DNA from: a virus
Reading direction: 5' to 3' (one strand)
Length of the DNA: 64,000 nucleotides
IMG/VR virus record: IMGVR_UViG_3300032092_000005
Coordinates: 32,001-96,000 of that record
Notes under the pieces: generated by a model
Seen by the model: only the letters and a program-made list of their open reading frames with translations
Databases searched by the model: none
Told to the model about the DNA's origin: nothing
Program-made: the position numbers and the translations under genes
In this document: positions 44,284 to 55,513 of the stretch, piece after piece
Layout of the letters: the number at the start of each line of letters is the position of its first letter
How positions within the stretch are numbered: the stretch's first letter is position 1

Positions 44284-44796
44284 ATGTTTAATATATTTCC
44301 AAGAATAGAATATAAAATAAATTCATACGACACTGTAAAAAGTATCGATATAAATGTGGCTGCAAAGATTAAAGATCATTTTGCAAAATTTAAATTTGCA
44401 TCTCTTCGACAATATTATATTGGCGATGGAGAATCTCCAGATATGGTGTCATATAGGTCTTATGGCACACCAAAATTTGGATACATAATTATGATGACTA
44501 ATAATATTCACAGCATATATGATGATTGGCCTAAATCATCGTCAGCACTTAAAAAATATATTATAGAAAAATATGGAAGCCTCGGTGCAGCCGGAGCAGA
44601 TTTATATTTTTATACTGGAGAAAAGTACATTATTAGTCAAGAATCTTATCTGGAATTAACTGACAATAAAAAATTTAAAGAAACTGCTATAGAATATGAA
44701 AATCGTATTAATACTGAAAAATCATTTATAAACATATTAGACTATAAATATGCAATTCAATTTGAATCCGGATTACAAGAAATCCTAACTAACTAA
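44284..44796 (+). CDS. 53: baseplate wedge gp53
   Basis: Y.I.DGE.PD......YG; N.I.....DWP; YE...N. Confidence 0.8.
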   Translation: MFNIFPRIEYKINSYDTVKSIDINVAAKIKDHFAKFKFASLRQYYIGDGESPDMVSYRSYGTPKFGYIIMMTNNIHSIYDDWPKSSSALKKYIIEKYGSLGAAGADLYFYTGEKYIISQESYLELTDNKKFKETAIEYENRINTEKSFINILDYKYAIQFESGLQEILTN

Positions 44797-44801
44797 AATA
44801 T

Positions 44802-46181
44802 ATGGCAACAACTTATGGTGGTGGTGACACACCAGTAACAGGTCAAACTGAAGCATATATGCTTGATGCACTTACGATTACTGTTAAAGGCGGTTCAGTT
44901 GTTGATTTGGCGCGTGTTTTTGTAGAAATTGAAATTTTTGAAGATATATTTAAATCTTCTATAACTGGAAGTATTACTATAAATGACTCTGTTGGTGGCT
45001 TAGAAAAATTTATATACACTGGCGGAGAAAGAATTACTATTAAAGCTTCTATGCCACCAGAACGCAATAAAGACAGTGTTGTAATTATTAATAGATCAAA
45101 TCTTATTGTTCACGAATTCTCTAAAACTTCTGCCGATGCCGGGAATTTAAAATATAAATTGTACTTTACGTCGGAGTCTACTTTAAACTCACTTAAAAAA
45201 AGAATATTTAAAAGTTATAAGACTGAAAGAAATATCTCTAAAATTGTAAAGTCTTTATACTCAGAAATAGAATCTGCAAATGGAACAAGTGCAACGACTA
45301 CATCGGTAATTAAAATAAATGCATCGGATACGTGGATTTCAAAACCATTTATATGTCCAGGATATACACCAATAGATGCAATAAATCATTTAGCAAAAAG
45401 AACAAGTGCAGATGGAAAATATTATGTATTTTATGAAAGATTAAATAATAATAGACAAGATGGAAAAGGATGGCATCACTATTTCACAAGTATTGATGAT
45501 ATAATTATAGAATCAAATGCTTCCGATAAAACAGTTGCGACAATAAAATATAGCCCAGCAGGCAGTTATTTTACTACTCAAGCAGAAGATAATATTAGAG
45601 CAAAAACTATACAGTATCAAAATAATTATAATCATTTAAGTTCAATGATTGGTGGATTTTATAATTCTAGAGTTAGATCATTAGATGTTTTATCTAGAAG
45701 ATATTCGGATATAAAGATAAGCTATAAAGATAACCGGGATTCGGTTGGTGGAACATTTTATACTAATAAATTTCTAGATGTAAATAATTATTTTGCGGCA
45801 TATGGCGATAAAGATTTTCCAGGAGAAAGATTAATTGTGTCTCCAATGAATGATGCATTTACAGATAAAAAATCTTGGATTAAAAATGATACATATGGAG
45901 CATATTTGAATAGTAGCATCCGTATTACAGTAGATATTGCTGGTGGTACTAATAGAGTTGGTATAGGTGATGTTATAGAATTAAGACTTCCAAGTGTTGC
46001 CCACACAGCAGTTAATAAAGAGAATTCTATAGTTCCAGACGATGAAGTTTATCAGGGAAAATACATCGTAACTGCATGTAGACATAATTTAAGTAAATTG
46101 GCGTATGTAAAAAAAGTAGAATTATCTAGAGGCAACATGAGATTGAGTCTAGATCAATTAATAGCCAAAGGTGCAGCGTAA
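44802..46181 (+). CDS. baseplate hub protein (gp27-like)
   Basis: IFEDIF...ITG.I.I.D; G.Y.V....H; position before gp5. Confidence 0.6.
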   Translation: MATTYGGGDTPVTGQTEAYMLDALTITVKGGSVVDLARVFVEIEIFEDIFKSSITGSITINDSVGGLEKFIYTGGERITIKASMPPERNKDSVVIINRSNLIVHEFSKTSADAGNLKYKLYFTSESTLNSLKKRIFKSYKTERNISKIVKSLYSEIESANGTSATTTSVIKINASDTWISKPFICPGYTPIDAINHLAKRTSADGKYYVFYERLNNNRQDGKGWHHYFTSIDDIIIESNASDKTVATIKYSPAGSYFTTQAEDNIRAKTIQYQNNYNHLSSMIGGFYNSRVRSLDVLSRRYSDIKISYKDNRDSVGGTFYTNKFLDVNNYFAAYGDKDFPGERLIVSPMNDAFTDKKSWIKNDTYGAYLNSSIRITVDIAGGTNRVGIGDVIELRLPSVAHTAVNKENSIVPDDEVYQGKYIVTACRHNLSKLAYVKKVELSRGNMRLSLDQLIAKGAA

Positions 46182-46196
46182 TAAAAAGGAAACAAG

Positions 46197-47150
46197 ATGC
46201 AATTACAATTTTTAGAGTATATTCAAAAAAGAGATTTTGAAGCATACTCACTACTATCAGAAAAGCTTATCACATTTAACAATGGTGCAAAATATGGTCA
46301 GATTGTTTTTCTTGCTGGTGGTGCCGGCTCTGGAAAAGGCTTTGCTATTGATAACTATATATCTGGTAATGACTTTAAAATTCGTGACGTTGATGAATTA
46401 AAAATTGCATTTCAAAAACTAGATGGCATGGGCAAGTTCACTACAGACGATCTATTGAAGAAATATGGCGACAAGATTAAGGAATCGGACGCTGCATTCA
46501 TTGAAAAGCACATCACTTCAAAAGGACTCAGCCTTAGTCAATTTAACTTAAAAGTTCCAGAGCATGTATACGCATTGCACGTATTGATAAGAGCTACTGG
46601 CGTAAAAGAAAAAACCTTGGATTTATTACTAGATGGTGCTAAAGAAAATATTTTACCTAATGTGTTGTTTGATTCTACTTTTGCAGATATGTCGGATCTT
46701 GAGTCATATCTTCCTAGGTTAATTGAAATAGGATATGATCCTAAGAACATTCATATTGCATGGGTGTTAACAAACTATGAGATTGCAATGAAGAACAATG
46801 CAAAACGTTCTAGAGTTGTGCCCGATGATATTCTTTTAAGAACACACAAAGGTGCTGCACAGACGATTCTAAGTTTAGTTAAGAAAAGCTTGCCTATCAC
46901 AATAGATGGAGGCATTTATGTCATTCTAAATAATCCAGAGAACACAATGTTTCTGATTGATCCAAAGACGGGCGAACACTACAAAAATATCAAAGGTAAA
47001 AAAGTTGTCAAAGACTTTCTCTATATCACAATGAAGAAGCCTGGAAAAGCAATCACGACAGATGCTGACGTTAAGAAGCAGCTATACACATGGATCAAAG
47101 ACAATGTGCCGCCAGATTCGATAGACACAAAAGAGTTAGATGATCTATGA
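46197..47150 (+). CDS. P-loop kinase-like protein
   Basis: FLAGGAGSGKG Walker A; FDST; N.KR.R.VP lid. Confidence 0.7.
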   Translation: MQLQFLEYIQKRDFEAYSLLSEKLITFNNGAKYGQIVFLAGGAGSGKGFAIDNYISGNDFKIRDVDELKIAFQKLDGMGKFTTDDLLKKYGDKIKESDAAFIEKHITSKGLSLSQFNLKVPEHVYALHVLIRATGVKEKTLDLLLDGAKENILPNVLFDSTFADMSDLESYLPRLIEIGYDPKNIHIAWVLTNYEIAMKNNAKRSRVVPDDILLRTHKGAAQTILSLVKKSLPITIDGGIYVILNNPENTMFLIDPKTGEHYKNIKGKKVVKDFLYITMKKPGKAITTDADVKKQLYTWIKDNVPPDSIDTKELDDL

Positions 47151-47188
47151 TGAAGTTCAAAGATTTTAAACACAGAGGTTAAAACAAT

Positions 47189-48958
47189 ATGTTTTTAGGT
47201 AGAGATGGATTTATATGGTGGATTGGTGTCGTTGAAGACAATCAAGACCCATTGGTTCTGGGCAGAGCTAAAGTTAGAATTTATGGTTATCATGCGCCAG
47301 CCCTAAGTTTAGGCACAGCCACATCAAGTCCTAGTCCATACATTCCAGGAAGAGCCGCAGGGATATTTCTTGGAGGATCTAATATATATGGGTCATTCAC
47401 ATCTACTCCGGCTGTTGCCGAAGACGAAGAAGCTAATCAAAATATATCAATCGGCAAGGACGATGGAGAAATGCCAACGTCTGATCTTCCTTGGGCAGTA
47501 ACACTAATGCCAGCAAATATGCCAGGAGCATATGGCATACCTAATCTTGGTGATTGGGTTCTTGGATTTTTCTTAGACGGTGAAGAAGCGCAAGAGCCAT
47601 GTATTCTTGGATATCTTCCTGGTATACCGCCAGGAACAATTCCTACAGATATAACAGAAAGGTTCTCAGAGCAAATTTCTACAGTTCGTTCTTTCAATAG
47701 TGTAGCGAATGTTCTGCCAAATTCCTATGCCGTAACAGGTAACGCTCAGAAAAATAGATTCAGATTTGAACAGCCATCTGGTAATGTATTCGAAATGGTT
47801 AACGACACCAGCATTGCTAATCCTATATCATTAGCGCATAGTAGTCTTGCAAATTTACAACTAAAATATAAATCAGCAATTTTAGGATTGAATGCTTCCG
47901 AGGGCGAAAATCAAAATATTGAGATTAAAGATACGTCCATATTCTTAAGACACTATAATGGCATATACGGTAGAAGTTCTGTAATGCCTGCAAGTACAGA
48001 GAATTCAGTTCGATCACAATCAATATTGCCAGCTAAACAATTTAGTATAGGCAATGCTCTTCCGGGCACAGCAGCGATTGGTAGAGATGTTGTATATACC
48101 GTACCCGCACAAGTGAACGTTCCGGGATATACATATTATCATCCGTCACGCGCAGATATAAATCCGACTTGGGAGGAACAAGATTTAGTACGTAATGTTG
48201 GATTACTAATGAATACAGTATTTCCTCCACAACCAGTAATAATATCTACAATCGCAGCACTTCCTCCTCCGCCTCGCGGTGGTGGTGGTGGAGGATGCTT
48301 CTTAGGTGAAACACTTGTCACTATGTCTGATTGGACAAAAAAGCGTATTGATCAGATTAAAGACGGTGATTATGTTTTCAATAAAGATAAAACAGAAGTG
48401 AATCAAGTTCTTTTCATCGAAAGAGTCCCAGATAAGTACATGTGGAAAGAACTGTATACGCCGACTGGAGACTATGAACCATTTGCGACACCGAATCATC
48501 CATTGTTTGTAGAAGGAGAATGGGTAGCATTAGATAATGAACTCTATCCGTGGTTAGGAAAGATCAATAGCGTTAAGAATCCAATTACATGCGAAACTCA
48601 AGGTGAATTAGTCTACAATCTATGGGTTACTGGAGATGGTACATATATAGTTAATGGCTTTGGTACTACATCTATTATGATGGATGGTGGAATTATGCGA
48701 GTTGCATATCAGTATAGATACTTATCGCAAGATATTATCATGGAAATAATGCGCGAATTCACGACACAAGGCAATATGATGACGTATGGATCATATATAT
48801 TCAATAAATTATTTGGATACATCACATACAAACCAATCGTTAAGGTATTAGCGAATACGATTAAAAGTGAAAAGGAGTTTCTACCAAGAAAAGCTATGAT
48901 ATTTTTGATGAAAGTATTCGGTAAGACTGCAACATTTTACAATAAACTCAAAGGATAA
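47189..48958 (+). CDS. 5: gp5-like baseplate spike (OB-fold) with Hint domain
   Basis: WW.GVVED..DP..LGR.KVRI.G.H; LPWA; GFFLDG...Q.P; Hint CFLGET...VYNL.V.GDGTYIVNG. Confidence 0.8.
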   Translation: MFLGRDGFIWWIGVVEDNQDPLVLGRAKVRIYGYHAPALSLGTATSSPSPYIPGRAAGIFLGGSNIYGSFTSTPAVAEDEEANQNISIGKDDGEMPTSDLPWAVTLMPANMPGAYGIPNLGDWVLGFFLDGEEAQEPCILGYLPGIPPGTIPTDITERFSEQISTVRSFNSVANVLPNSYAVTGNAQKNRFRFEQPSGNVFEMVNDTSIANPISLAHSSLANLQLKYKSAILGLNASEGENQNIEIKDTSIFLRHYNGIYGRSSVMPASTENSVRSQSILPAKQFSIGNALPGTAAIGRDVVYTVPAQVNVPGYTYYHPSRADINPTWEEQDLVRNVGLLMNTVFPPQPVIISTIAALPPPPRGGGGGGCFLGETLVTMSDWTKKRIDQIKDGDYVFNKDKTEVNQVLFIERVPDKYMWKELYTPTGDYEPFATPNHPLFVEGEWVALDNELYPWLGKINSVKNPITCETQGELVYNLWVTGDGTYIVNGFGTTSIMMDGGIMRVAYQYRYLSQDIIMEIMREFTTQGNMMTYGSYIFNKLFGYITYKPIVKVLANTIKSEKEFLPRKAMIFLMKVFGKTATFYNKLKG

Positions 48959-48964
48959 ATTATT

Positions 48965-49141
48965 ATGACAAACCACACACAAATTACAGACACACAAGTT
49001 GAAGAATGGGCACAGGTTCTTACTCCTCAAGAAATTCTTGATCTATCAAATGGTATCAATATTACAGCAGCAATGATTATGTTTAAACTGTTTCCAAACA
49101 ATCAGTTCATCAAAGAACTATTGAAGACTAAGATTGGTTGA
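48965..49141 (+). CDS. small hypothetical protein
   Basis: hand-translated 58 aa, AAGGA SD. Confidence 0.5.
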   Translation: MTNHTQITDTQVEEWAQVLTPQEILDLSNGINITAAMIMFKLFPNNQFIKELLKTKIG

Positions 49142-49235
49142 TTATAGTCAATTATAGAGAACCAACACTGTATTATAGCACTACACACATAAGCTTGTCA
49201 AGAGCAAACACAAAGAAACAAGGATAATTACCAAA

Positions 49236-49427
49236 ATGACACATCATGAAACACTTGTAGATTTATTTAATTCCTACGTAAAGGAAAATGAAAAATTTTC
49301 TGAGAAGGGAAACAAAGCAGCAGGAACTAGAGCAAGAAAAGCACTAGCAGAATTTGCAAAGGTTTCTAAAGACAGAAGAAAAGAGATTCAAGACTCAAAA
49401 ATTAGTGAAAAATTGGAAATTATCTAA
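49236..49427 (+). CDS. histone H1-like/Hc1-type small protein
   Basis: KGNKAAGTRARKAL motif. Confidence 0.65.
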   Translation: MTHHETLVDLFNSYVKENEKFSEKGNKAAGTRARKALAEFAKVSKDRRKEIQDSKISEKLEII

Positions 49428-49441
49428 CATAAATAGAATAT

Positions 49442-49828
49442 ATGGCAACAGCACCCGCATTCTTTAAAGATTTATCATTAAATCTTACTCCAAATCCAGT
49501 GACTGGAGATACATCTCCAGCCGTAAACGAGAACGCAGTGAAGAAGGCGTTGATTAATTTAATTAGAACGCCGTTAGGAACTAGACCATTTAGTCCAGAA
49601 TATGGAACAAGACTTTATGATTTTTTGTTTAAGCCTGCGGACAGTGAAACCGAGGCTGACATAAATGATGAATTAAATAATTGCATTACTAAATTTGAGC
49701 CTAGAGTTAAAGTCGTGTCTATCACTACTAACATGAATGATGATGGAATAGAAATTGAATTAAATTATTATGTAGTTAATGTGAGTGCGCAACAAACTCT
49801 AACAACAACAATAACAAGAACGGGCTAA
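49442..49828 (+). CDS. 25: baseplate wedge gp25
   Basis: DL.L...P; G.RPF.P.YG; FEPRV. Confidence 0.9.
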   Translation: MATAPAFFKDLSLNLTPNPVTGDTSPAVNENAVKKALINLIRTPLGTRPFSPEYGTRLYDFLFKPADSETEADINDELNNCITKFEPRVKVVSITTNMNDDGIEIELNYYVVNVSAQQTLTTTITRTG

Positions 49829-49833
49829 ACCAG

Positions 49834-51672
49834 ATGGCTACACCAATAGATTTAAAATTAGATGGACTTAATTTCGAAGAAATTCGTGCAAATTTTAAGT
49901 TGTTTTTACAAAATCAGACAGAATTTTTAGACTATAACTTTGAAGGTTCTGGTATTGGTGTTTTGCTGGACGTATTATCCTATAACACATACTATACTGG
50001 ATTCTATCAAAACATGGTAGCATCCGAAGGATTCTTAGCGACTGCGCAGAAAAGAAATTCTGTCGTAAATTTAGCTAAAGCTTTGAACTATACTCCTAGA
50101 TCGGCATCATCTTCTAAAATTTCTGGAACATTAAAAGCTACTGTAGTCGGTTCACCTGCCAATATTACTATTCCAAAATATACTAAATTTCAAGCATCGA
50201 TTAACGGAGCAACTTATATATTTTTAACTCAGGCGGCGGTTACACTTTTCAACAATTCTGGCATATATGTTAGCACTGCCGATGATAATGTACAATTAAT
50301 TGAAGGTAGATCAATCTCGGAAAAATACACATATAATGTTAATGATCCGGATCAAAGATTTATAATATCTAATCCAACAGCAGATACGACAACATTAACT
50401 GTTAAAATTCAGAACTCATCTTCAGATAGTACTATTAAATTTTATAAATTAGCATCGGACGTTATTACACTCACAAGCGCCTCTGAAGTATATTACTTAG
50501 AAGAAGTAGAAGACGGTAAATTTAGAGTAACTTTTGGTGACAATATTATAAGTAAGAAATTGACACAAGGCAATATTGTATATCTAGATTATGTTGTATC
50601 TACTGGAACTTTAAGTAATGGAATTAAATCTTTTATATTAGCATCAAATGTTGATGGCATCACAGATTTAACATTTACTCCAAATTCAGGAACTTCAGCC
50701 GCTGGCGGTCAAGATAGAGAATCTATTGCATCTATTAAGTTTGCTGCACCTAAATCATTTGCTGCACAGAATAGGGCAGTTACTGCTGAAGATTATGAAT
50801 CGCTAATGTTAACTGCACCAAATGTGGGATCAGTAGCAGTTTGGGGTGGACAAGATAATGATCCGCCTGCATACGGCAAAGTATTTATTGCAGTTCGTCC
50901 AGTATTGGGTGAAATATTAAGTGCTTCTGAGAAGTTAAATATTATTAATAGTATTATTAATCCAAAACGAGTTTTAGCTATTTCTACTGAGATTGTTGAT
51001 CCTGATTACATTTACCTTAAATTAGTTTTAGATATTAAATATGATCCTAATCAGACTGTCGAAACGTCAACTAGTTTAAAGAGCAGATTGGTTGATGTGA
51101 TTAAAACATACAATGATGAAAATTTAAATTCTTTCTCTAAGTATTATAGACAGTCTGCGCTATCAAGAATAATCGACAATGCTGATAGGTCTATTGTTAG
51201 TAGTTCAATATATGCAACTATGACAAGGGAACTTAATGTTCAATTGAATGTTGCATTTAAATATACTATCAGATTTTCTAATCCAATTGATAGTGCTACA
51301 TTGAATAGACTAGCATCTAATCCATATGGTCTAGGAAACAAAGTAACATCTAATGAATTTAGTTACGGTGGATTTACTGGTTGTTTCCTTGAAGATAATG
51401 GTGGATTAATTAGAGTATATCGTAAAGTAGGAACAACAAACGTGGCTGTTGCTACTAATGTAGGCACAATCGATTACAATTCAGGAACTATTATTCTTAA
51501 TGATTTTATTCCTACAGCGTTTGCTGATGGTGGTGTAGAATTGCGAGTTACTGCAACACCAGCATCGTCAGATATTCTTCCATTAAGAGGTCAAATTGTT
51601 ACTATTCGTGATGAAGATATCACTCTTACTTTAATTGACGACAATTCTATTAGTTTAGTTAGAAGATATTAA
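49834..51672 (+). CDS. 6: baseplate wedge gp6
   Basis: DYNFEGSG...LLD.L.YNT; QNRAVT.EDY; WGG. Confidence 0.92.
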   Translation: MATPIDLKLDGLNFEEIRANFKLFLQNQTEFLDYNFEGSGIGVLLDVLSYNTYYTGFYQNMVASEGFLATAQKRNSVVNLAKALNYTPRSASSSKISGTLKATVVGSPANITIPKYTKFQASINGATYIFLTQAAVTLFNNSGIYVSTADDNVQLIEGRSISEKYTYNVNDPDQRFIISNPTADTTTLTVKIQNSSSDSTIKFYKLASDVITLTSASEVYYLEEVEDGKFRVTFGDNIISKKLTQGNIVYLDYVVSTGTLSNGIKSFILASNVDGITDLTFTPNSGTSAAGGQDRESIASIKFAAPKSFAAQNRAVTAEDYESLMLTAPNVGSVAVWGGQDNDPPAYGKVFIAVRPVLGEILSASEKLNIINSIINPKRVLAISTEIVDPDYIYLKLVLDIKYDPNQTVETSTSLKSRLVDVIKTYNDENLNSFSKYYRQSALSRIIDNADRSIVSSSIYATMTRELNVQLNVAFKYTIRFSNPIDSATLNRLASNPYGLGNKVTSNEFSYGGFTGCFLEDNGGLIRVYRKVGTTNVAVATNVGTIDYNSGTIILNDFIPTAFADGGVELRVTATPASSDILPLRGQIVTIRDEDITLTLIDDNSISLVRRY

Positions 51673-54176
51673 TGTCAACATACGACACGCTATTTAAGCC
51701 ATCATTATCAATACAGAATCAAATTCCAAAGCTAGATGATACTAGCTTTCAGACTTTGCTGGCTGGTTATTATGAATGGCTGCAAACTTCTAAATTAGAA
51801 TTTTACGATTCTGTTGGAACTTTTAAAAATGGCGAATTCATAATTGGAACAACAACAAAGGCTAGAGCATTAATTAAAGTTGTTGGAAGCAATTATGTTG
51901 TCATAAAAATGATAACAGAAACTCCTTTCAATTTGCGTGAGCAAATTACGGGTGAAACTTCTGGCGCTACTGCATATGTATTTTCGATTAAAGATAACGT
52001 AGTTCGTGCTACAGGCCAATATCTCAACAACAAAAATCCAGAAAAAGCTTCTGGTATTTATTTTGATTATTTAAGAGATGAATTGAATAAAGGTATTCCT
52101 AGCATATCTGTGGCCGACAGAAGAGATATTGTTAATAAGTTTAAAGATTTTTATCACTCAAAGAGCAATGAAGAAGCTTATAAATTTATTTTTGCTGCAC
52201 TATATGATGACAAAGCAATTGAGCTTAGATATCCTGGAGCAGATGTGCTTAGAATATCTGATGGCAAATATGATAAACCAACTACACTTAGAGTAGTTAC
52301 TGTTAGCAATATTAATGAGACTTTATCAAATAAGACTATTGCTGGAGTTACTAGTGGCGCTCTTGCTTTAGTTACTGGTGTAGTATCAACAAACATATCG
52401 GACTTACCATATTCAGAATTAACTCTAAATTTAACTACTGGCACATTTATTGCTGACGAAAGTATTAAAATAGCAGGCACTAATACATCAATCACTACAG
52501 TCTATGGTGTAATTGCTGGAGTTAATATCAATGATGCTGGAAGTGGATACTCAGTTGGTGATGTTCTTCCAGTTGTCGGTGCAGGATATGATGGTAAAAT
52601 TACAGTGTCCGAAATTGGATCAGGACTTATCAATAAAGTAAAATTAAATTCTACTGGATATGGATACAGAGTCGGATCACAATCTATAATCGATAATTCA
52701 GGAACTGACGGTTCTGGACTTGTCGTAGCAGTTAAAGCTATAGCGAATTCATACATTCTCAATGGAAATACTGTAGGTGAAGTTACTGCAATTGAAATTT
52801 TAAATACAGGTTCTGAATATAGTGCTGTCCCGACAATCACACTAGAAGACACTACAATAAAATCTATCGGAGCATTATCCGAAAGATTGATCACACTTAA
52901 AGATAGAGGCTCAGATTATTCTGTAGGAAATACATTAATATTTACTGGCGGCTCTGGTGCAAATGCAGTGGGCATAATTGCTTCTATAGGAAACATTGAC
53001 AATATTGTCACTGAAATTGAAGACTACTTCACAACAGAAGATGGTTTCTACATTATAAATGAAAGAAACATAACGGACGATACGGATTATGGTTTTGATA
53101 ATATTCTTCTCGAAGGCAAAAGAGGCGCTGTCTATAATCTAATTCAAGAAGAAACTTTAAACGGTAAAGCTAGTGCAATCAAGCATGAAGATTGGTTAAA
53201 TATTGGACCAATTTCTAGAATTGAATTGACAAATTCTGGCGATGGATATACAGCAAATGCTTTACCTACAATAACAGCTAACTCGACAACAGGTTATAGC
53301 TCAGAGTTTGTATGTACAGGAATACAGGGCGCTGGCGCAACCGCAATTGTAGATTTTGCAAATAACGTTTCTGGTCTAGGATCAATTCGTGCAGTAGATA
53401 TTGTTCAAGGATTAAATTACAGTTCAAGTAATACTACAATTAATGCTACAGGATTTGGTGCAGGTAATGCTAATTTAACTCCTATAATTACTGGAACAAC
53501 AGTATCTAAAGGATTGTATCTAAACAACGATGGTAAGATTAACAATAAGATAATTCAAGACTCTTATTTCTATCAAGACTTCTCTTACGTTATTAAAAGT
53601 AGTAATAACTTTGGATCATATAGTAAATTAATTAAAGACATTCTTCATCCAGCTGGAATGGAATTCTTTGGTGAAATTGTTCTATTGAGCCTTATTGAAA
53701 ATGCTTTTAATGAAATACAGGTAAGTGCTGAGATTGTTAAACAAATTCCGTTGAATGCTGCGGTTCCAGAAGCCGCAGACTTCTATCAAGGAGAACTAAA
53801 TGGTCAATTTAAAGATTTAAAAATCTTCGACTTGTGGTATGTAGAGGTTCAAGCATATACTGGAGAAACGCTTTTAGACCAATGGCACACATGGGACGGT
53901 CCTCACGTTACTAAATTGATTAAATCTCCAGGAACAGTCACCATCACAACTGTTATGTCAGGAAATACTATTATAAGCTCTAGTGTTGTCGGCATAGGAA
54001 CAAATTTTACAAGTGATTATTTGGATGGAGAAGAGTTGATTGTTGGTGTTGAAAGTGCAGACGAAAGCGCAAACATATTGACCGTAGCAAATAGTACTTT
54101 TATGACATTAAATCTTGTTCGACCATTGTCAGGAACTTACTCAGGCGCAAACATATTTAAGCGCAGATTACAATAA
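51672..54176 (+). CDS. 7: baseplate wedge gp7
   Basis: YYEWL; IQDSYFYQDFSYVIKS; HPAG. Confidence 0.85.
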   Translation: MSTYDTLFKPSLSIQNQIPKLDDTSFQTLLAGYYEWLQTSKLEFYDSVGTFKNGEFIIGTTTKARALIKVVGSNYVVIKMITETPFNLREQITGETSGATAYVFSIKDNVVRATGQYLNNKNPEKASGIYFDYLRDELNKGIPSISVADRRDIVNKFKDFYHSKSNEEAYKFIFAALYDDKAIELRYPGADVLRISDGKYDKPTTLRVVTVSNINETLSNKTIAGVTSGALALVTGVVSTNISDLPYSELTLNLTTGTFIADESIKIAGTNTSITTVYGVIAGVNINDAGSGYSVGDVLPVVGAGYDGKITVSEIGSGLINKVKLNSTGYGYRVGSQSIIDNSGTDGSGLVVAVKAIANSYILNGNTVGEVTAIEILNTGSEYSAVPTITLEDTTIKSIGALSERLITLKDRGSDYSVGNTLIFTGGSGANAVGIIASIGNIDNIVTEIEDYFTTEDGFYIINERNITDDTDYGFDNILLEGKRGAVYNLIQEETLNGKASAIKHEDWLNIGPISRIELTNSGDGYTANALPTITANSTTGYSSEFVCTGIQGAGATAIVDFANNVSGLGSIRAVDIVQGLNYSSSNTTINATGFGAGNANLTPIITGTTVSKGLYLNNDGKINNKIIQDSYFYQDFSYVIKSSNNFGSYSKLIKDILHPAGMEFFGEIVLLSLIENAFNEIQVSAEIVKQIPLNAAVPEAADFYQGELNGQFKDLKIFDLWYVEVQAYTGETLLDQWHTWDGPHVTKLIKSPGTVTITTVMSGNTIISSSVVGIGTNFTSDYLDGEELIVGVESADESANILTVANSTFMTLNLVRPLSGTYSGANIFKRRLQ

Positions 54177-54183
54177 TATATTG

Positions 54184-54191
54184 TATAAATA
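54184..54191 (+). promoter_or_regulatory. T4-type late promoter
   Basis: TATAAATA upstream of gp8. Confidence 0.75.
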
Positions 54192-54217
54192 GAATATAGA
54201 AATAAAGGAACATAATC

Positions 54218-55513
54218 ATGCCAGGATTAGCAACTAGTAATTTTAGACTTCACAATTCAGAGCAATTTGTTGAAGCATTCTCAGAAGCAGCAAATACTTC
54301 AATGTATCTGTTTATTGGCGGCACTTCACCGTATCCAGCTGGCGCCGATGATACGGGAAATTATCCGACTCCTATTAATGATACTGCTAATATCGAGTAT
54401 ATACCATGGCGTGATGCTATCGCAGCTAAAAGAATTCAAGCTTCAGATATTACAAACGGCATAAGACGATTGGACTGGGCGACAGGAACTGTTTATGATA
54501 TATATGACCACACTGACGCGACACTATCAGACCAAGACTTTTATGTTATCACTGAAGAGTATAACGTATATAAATGCCTTTCGAATAATTATGGCGCAGC
54601 TTCTACATCAAAACCTACTGGCACAGGAAGTTCTGAAATTACACTTGCAGATAACTATATCTGGAAATACATGTATACAGTTTCTACATCCGATGCGTTG
54701 AAGTTCGTAACACGCGATTATATTCCAGTTAAAACAGACGATACAATATCGGCAGCAGCAATAGATGGGGCAATTCATTTTATCAAAAAAACTTCAGGCG
54801 GTAGCGGATACTTTCAAGGTAACACTACAGTCACTATAGTTGGAGATGGAACTGGTGCTACAGCTAGTCCTGTTATTTCAGGCGGCGCCCTTACTCAAGT
54901 TACAATTTCAAATAAAGGCACTGGTTATACATATGCAGAAGCAGTGATTACTGGTGTAGGTACAGGTGCAGTAGCGATTCCTATTATTAGTCCAAAGAAT
55001 GGTCATGGTGACGATGCAGTTAAAGAATTATATGGCACATATGTCCTGCTTAATGCTAGATTAGCAGGTTCAGAATCTAGTACAATTCCAACATCAAACG
55101 ATTATAGAAAGCTGGGACTCATACGCGATCCATTTTTATATGGAACATCTTCAATTGCATATGGCTCTAATTACAGAGCAACATATAGATATACATTTCC
55201 TACAGCTCCAACTGCAAACTATTTAGCCGATGAACTAGTCACTGCAACAGTCGATGGAGTAACAACAACAGCAACTGTTATTGAATGGGACTCGGCTAGT
55301 AAATATCTATATACTACAAAGCCTATTCCAAAAGATATAACAACATCTTCTGCAATTGTAGGAGCAAACTCTACTGCGAGTGGCACAGCTAATAGTATTA
55401 ACACTCCAGGACTTCAGCCATATACGGGCGATATTTTGTATATTGAAAATCGCGGTAAGATTACTAGAACTGCCGATCAGATTGAAGATATTAAGCTAAT
55501 CATCGAATTTTAA
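54218..55513 (+). CDS. 8: baseplate wedge gp8
   Basis: VYKCL.N; Y.WKYMY; YIENR..I.R..DQ.EDIK.IIEF. Confidence 0.9.
   Translation: MPGLATSNFRLHNSEQFVEAFSEAANTSMYLFIGGTSPYPAGADDTGNYPTPINDTANIEYIPWRDAIAAKRIQASDITNGIRRLDWATGTVYDIYDHTDATLSDQDFYVITEEYNVYKCLSNNYGAASTSKPTGTGSSEITLADNYIWKYMYTVSTSDALKFVTRDYIPVKTDDTISAAAIDGAIHFIKKTSGGSGYFQGNTTVTIVGDGTGATASPVISGGALTQVTISNKGTGYTYAEAVITGVGTGAVAIPIISPKNGHGDDAVKELYGTYVLLNARLAGSESSTIPTSNDYRKLGLIRDPFLYGTSSIAYGSNYRATYRYTFPTAPTANYLADELVTATVDGVTTTATVIEWDSASKYLYTTKPIPKDITTSSAIVGANSTASGTANSINTPGLQPYTGDILYIENRGKITRTADQIEDIKLIIEF

Noticed and set aside
48296-48670. Canonical splicing intein in gp5
   Set aside because: No terminal His-Asn and no endonuclease domain; better described as a cleavage-type Hint domain.
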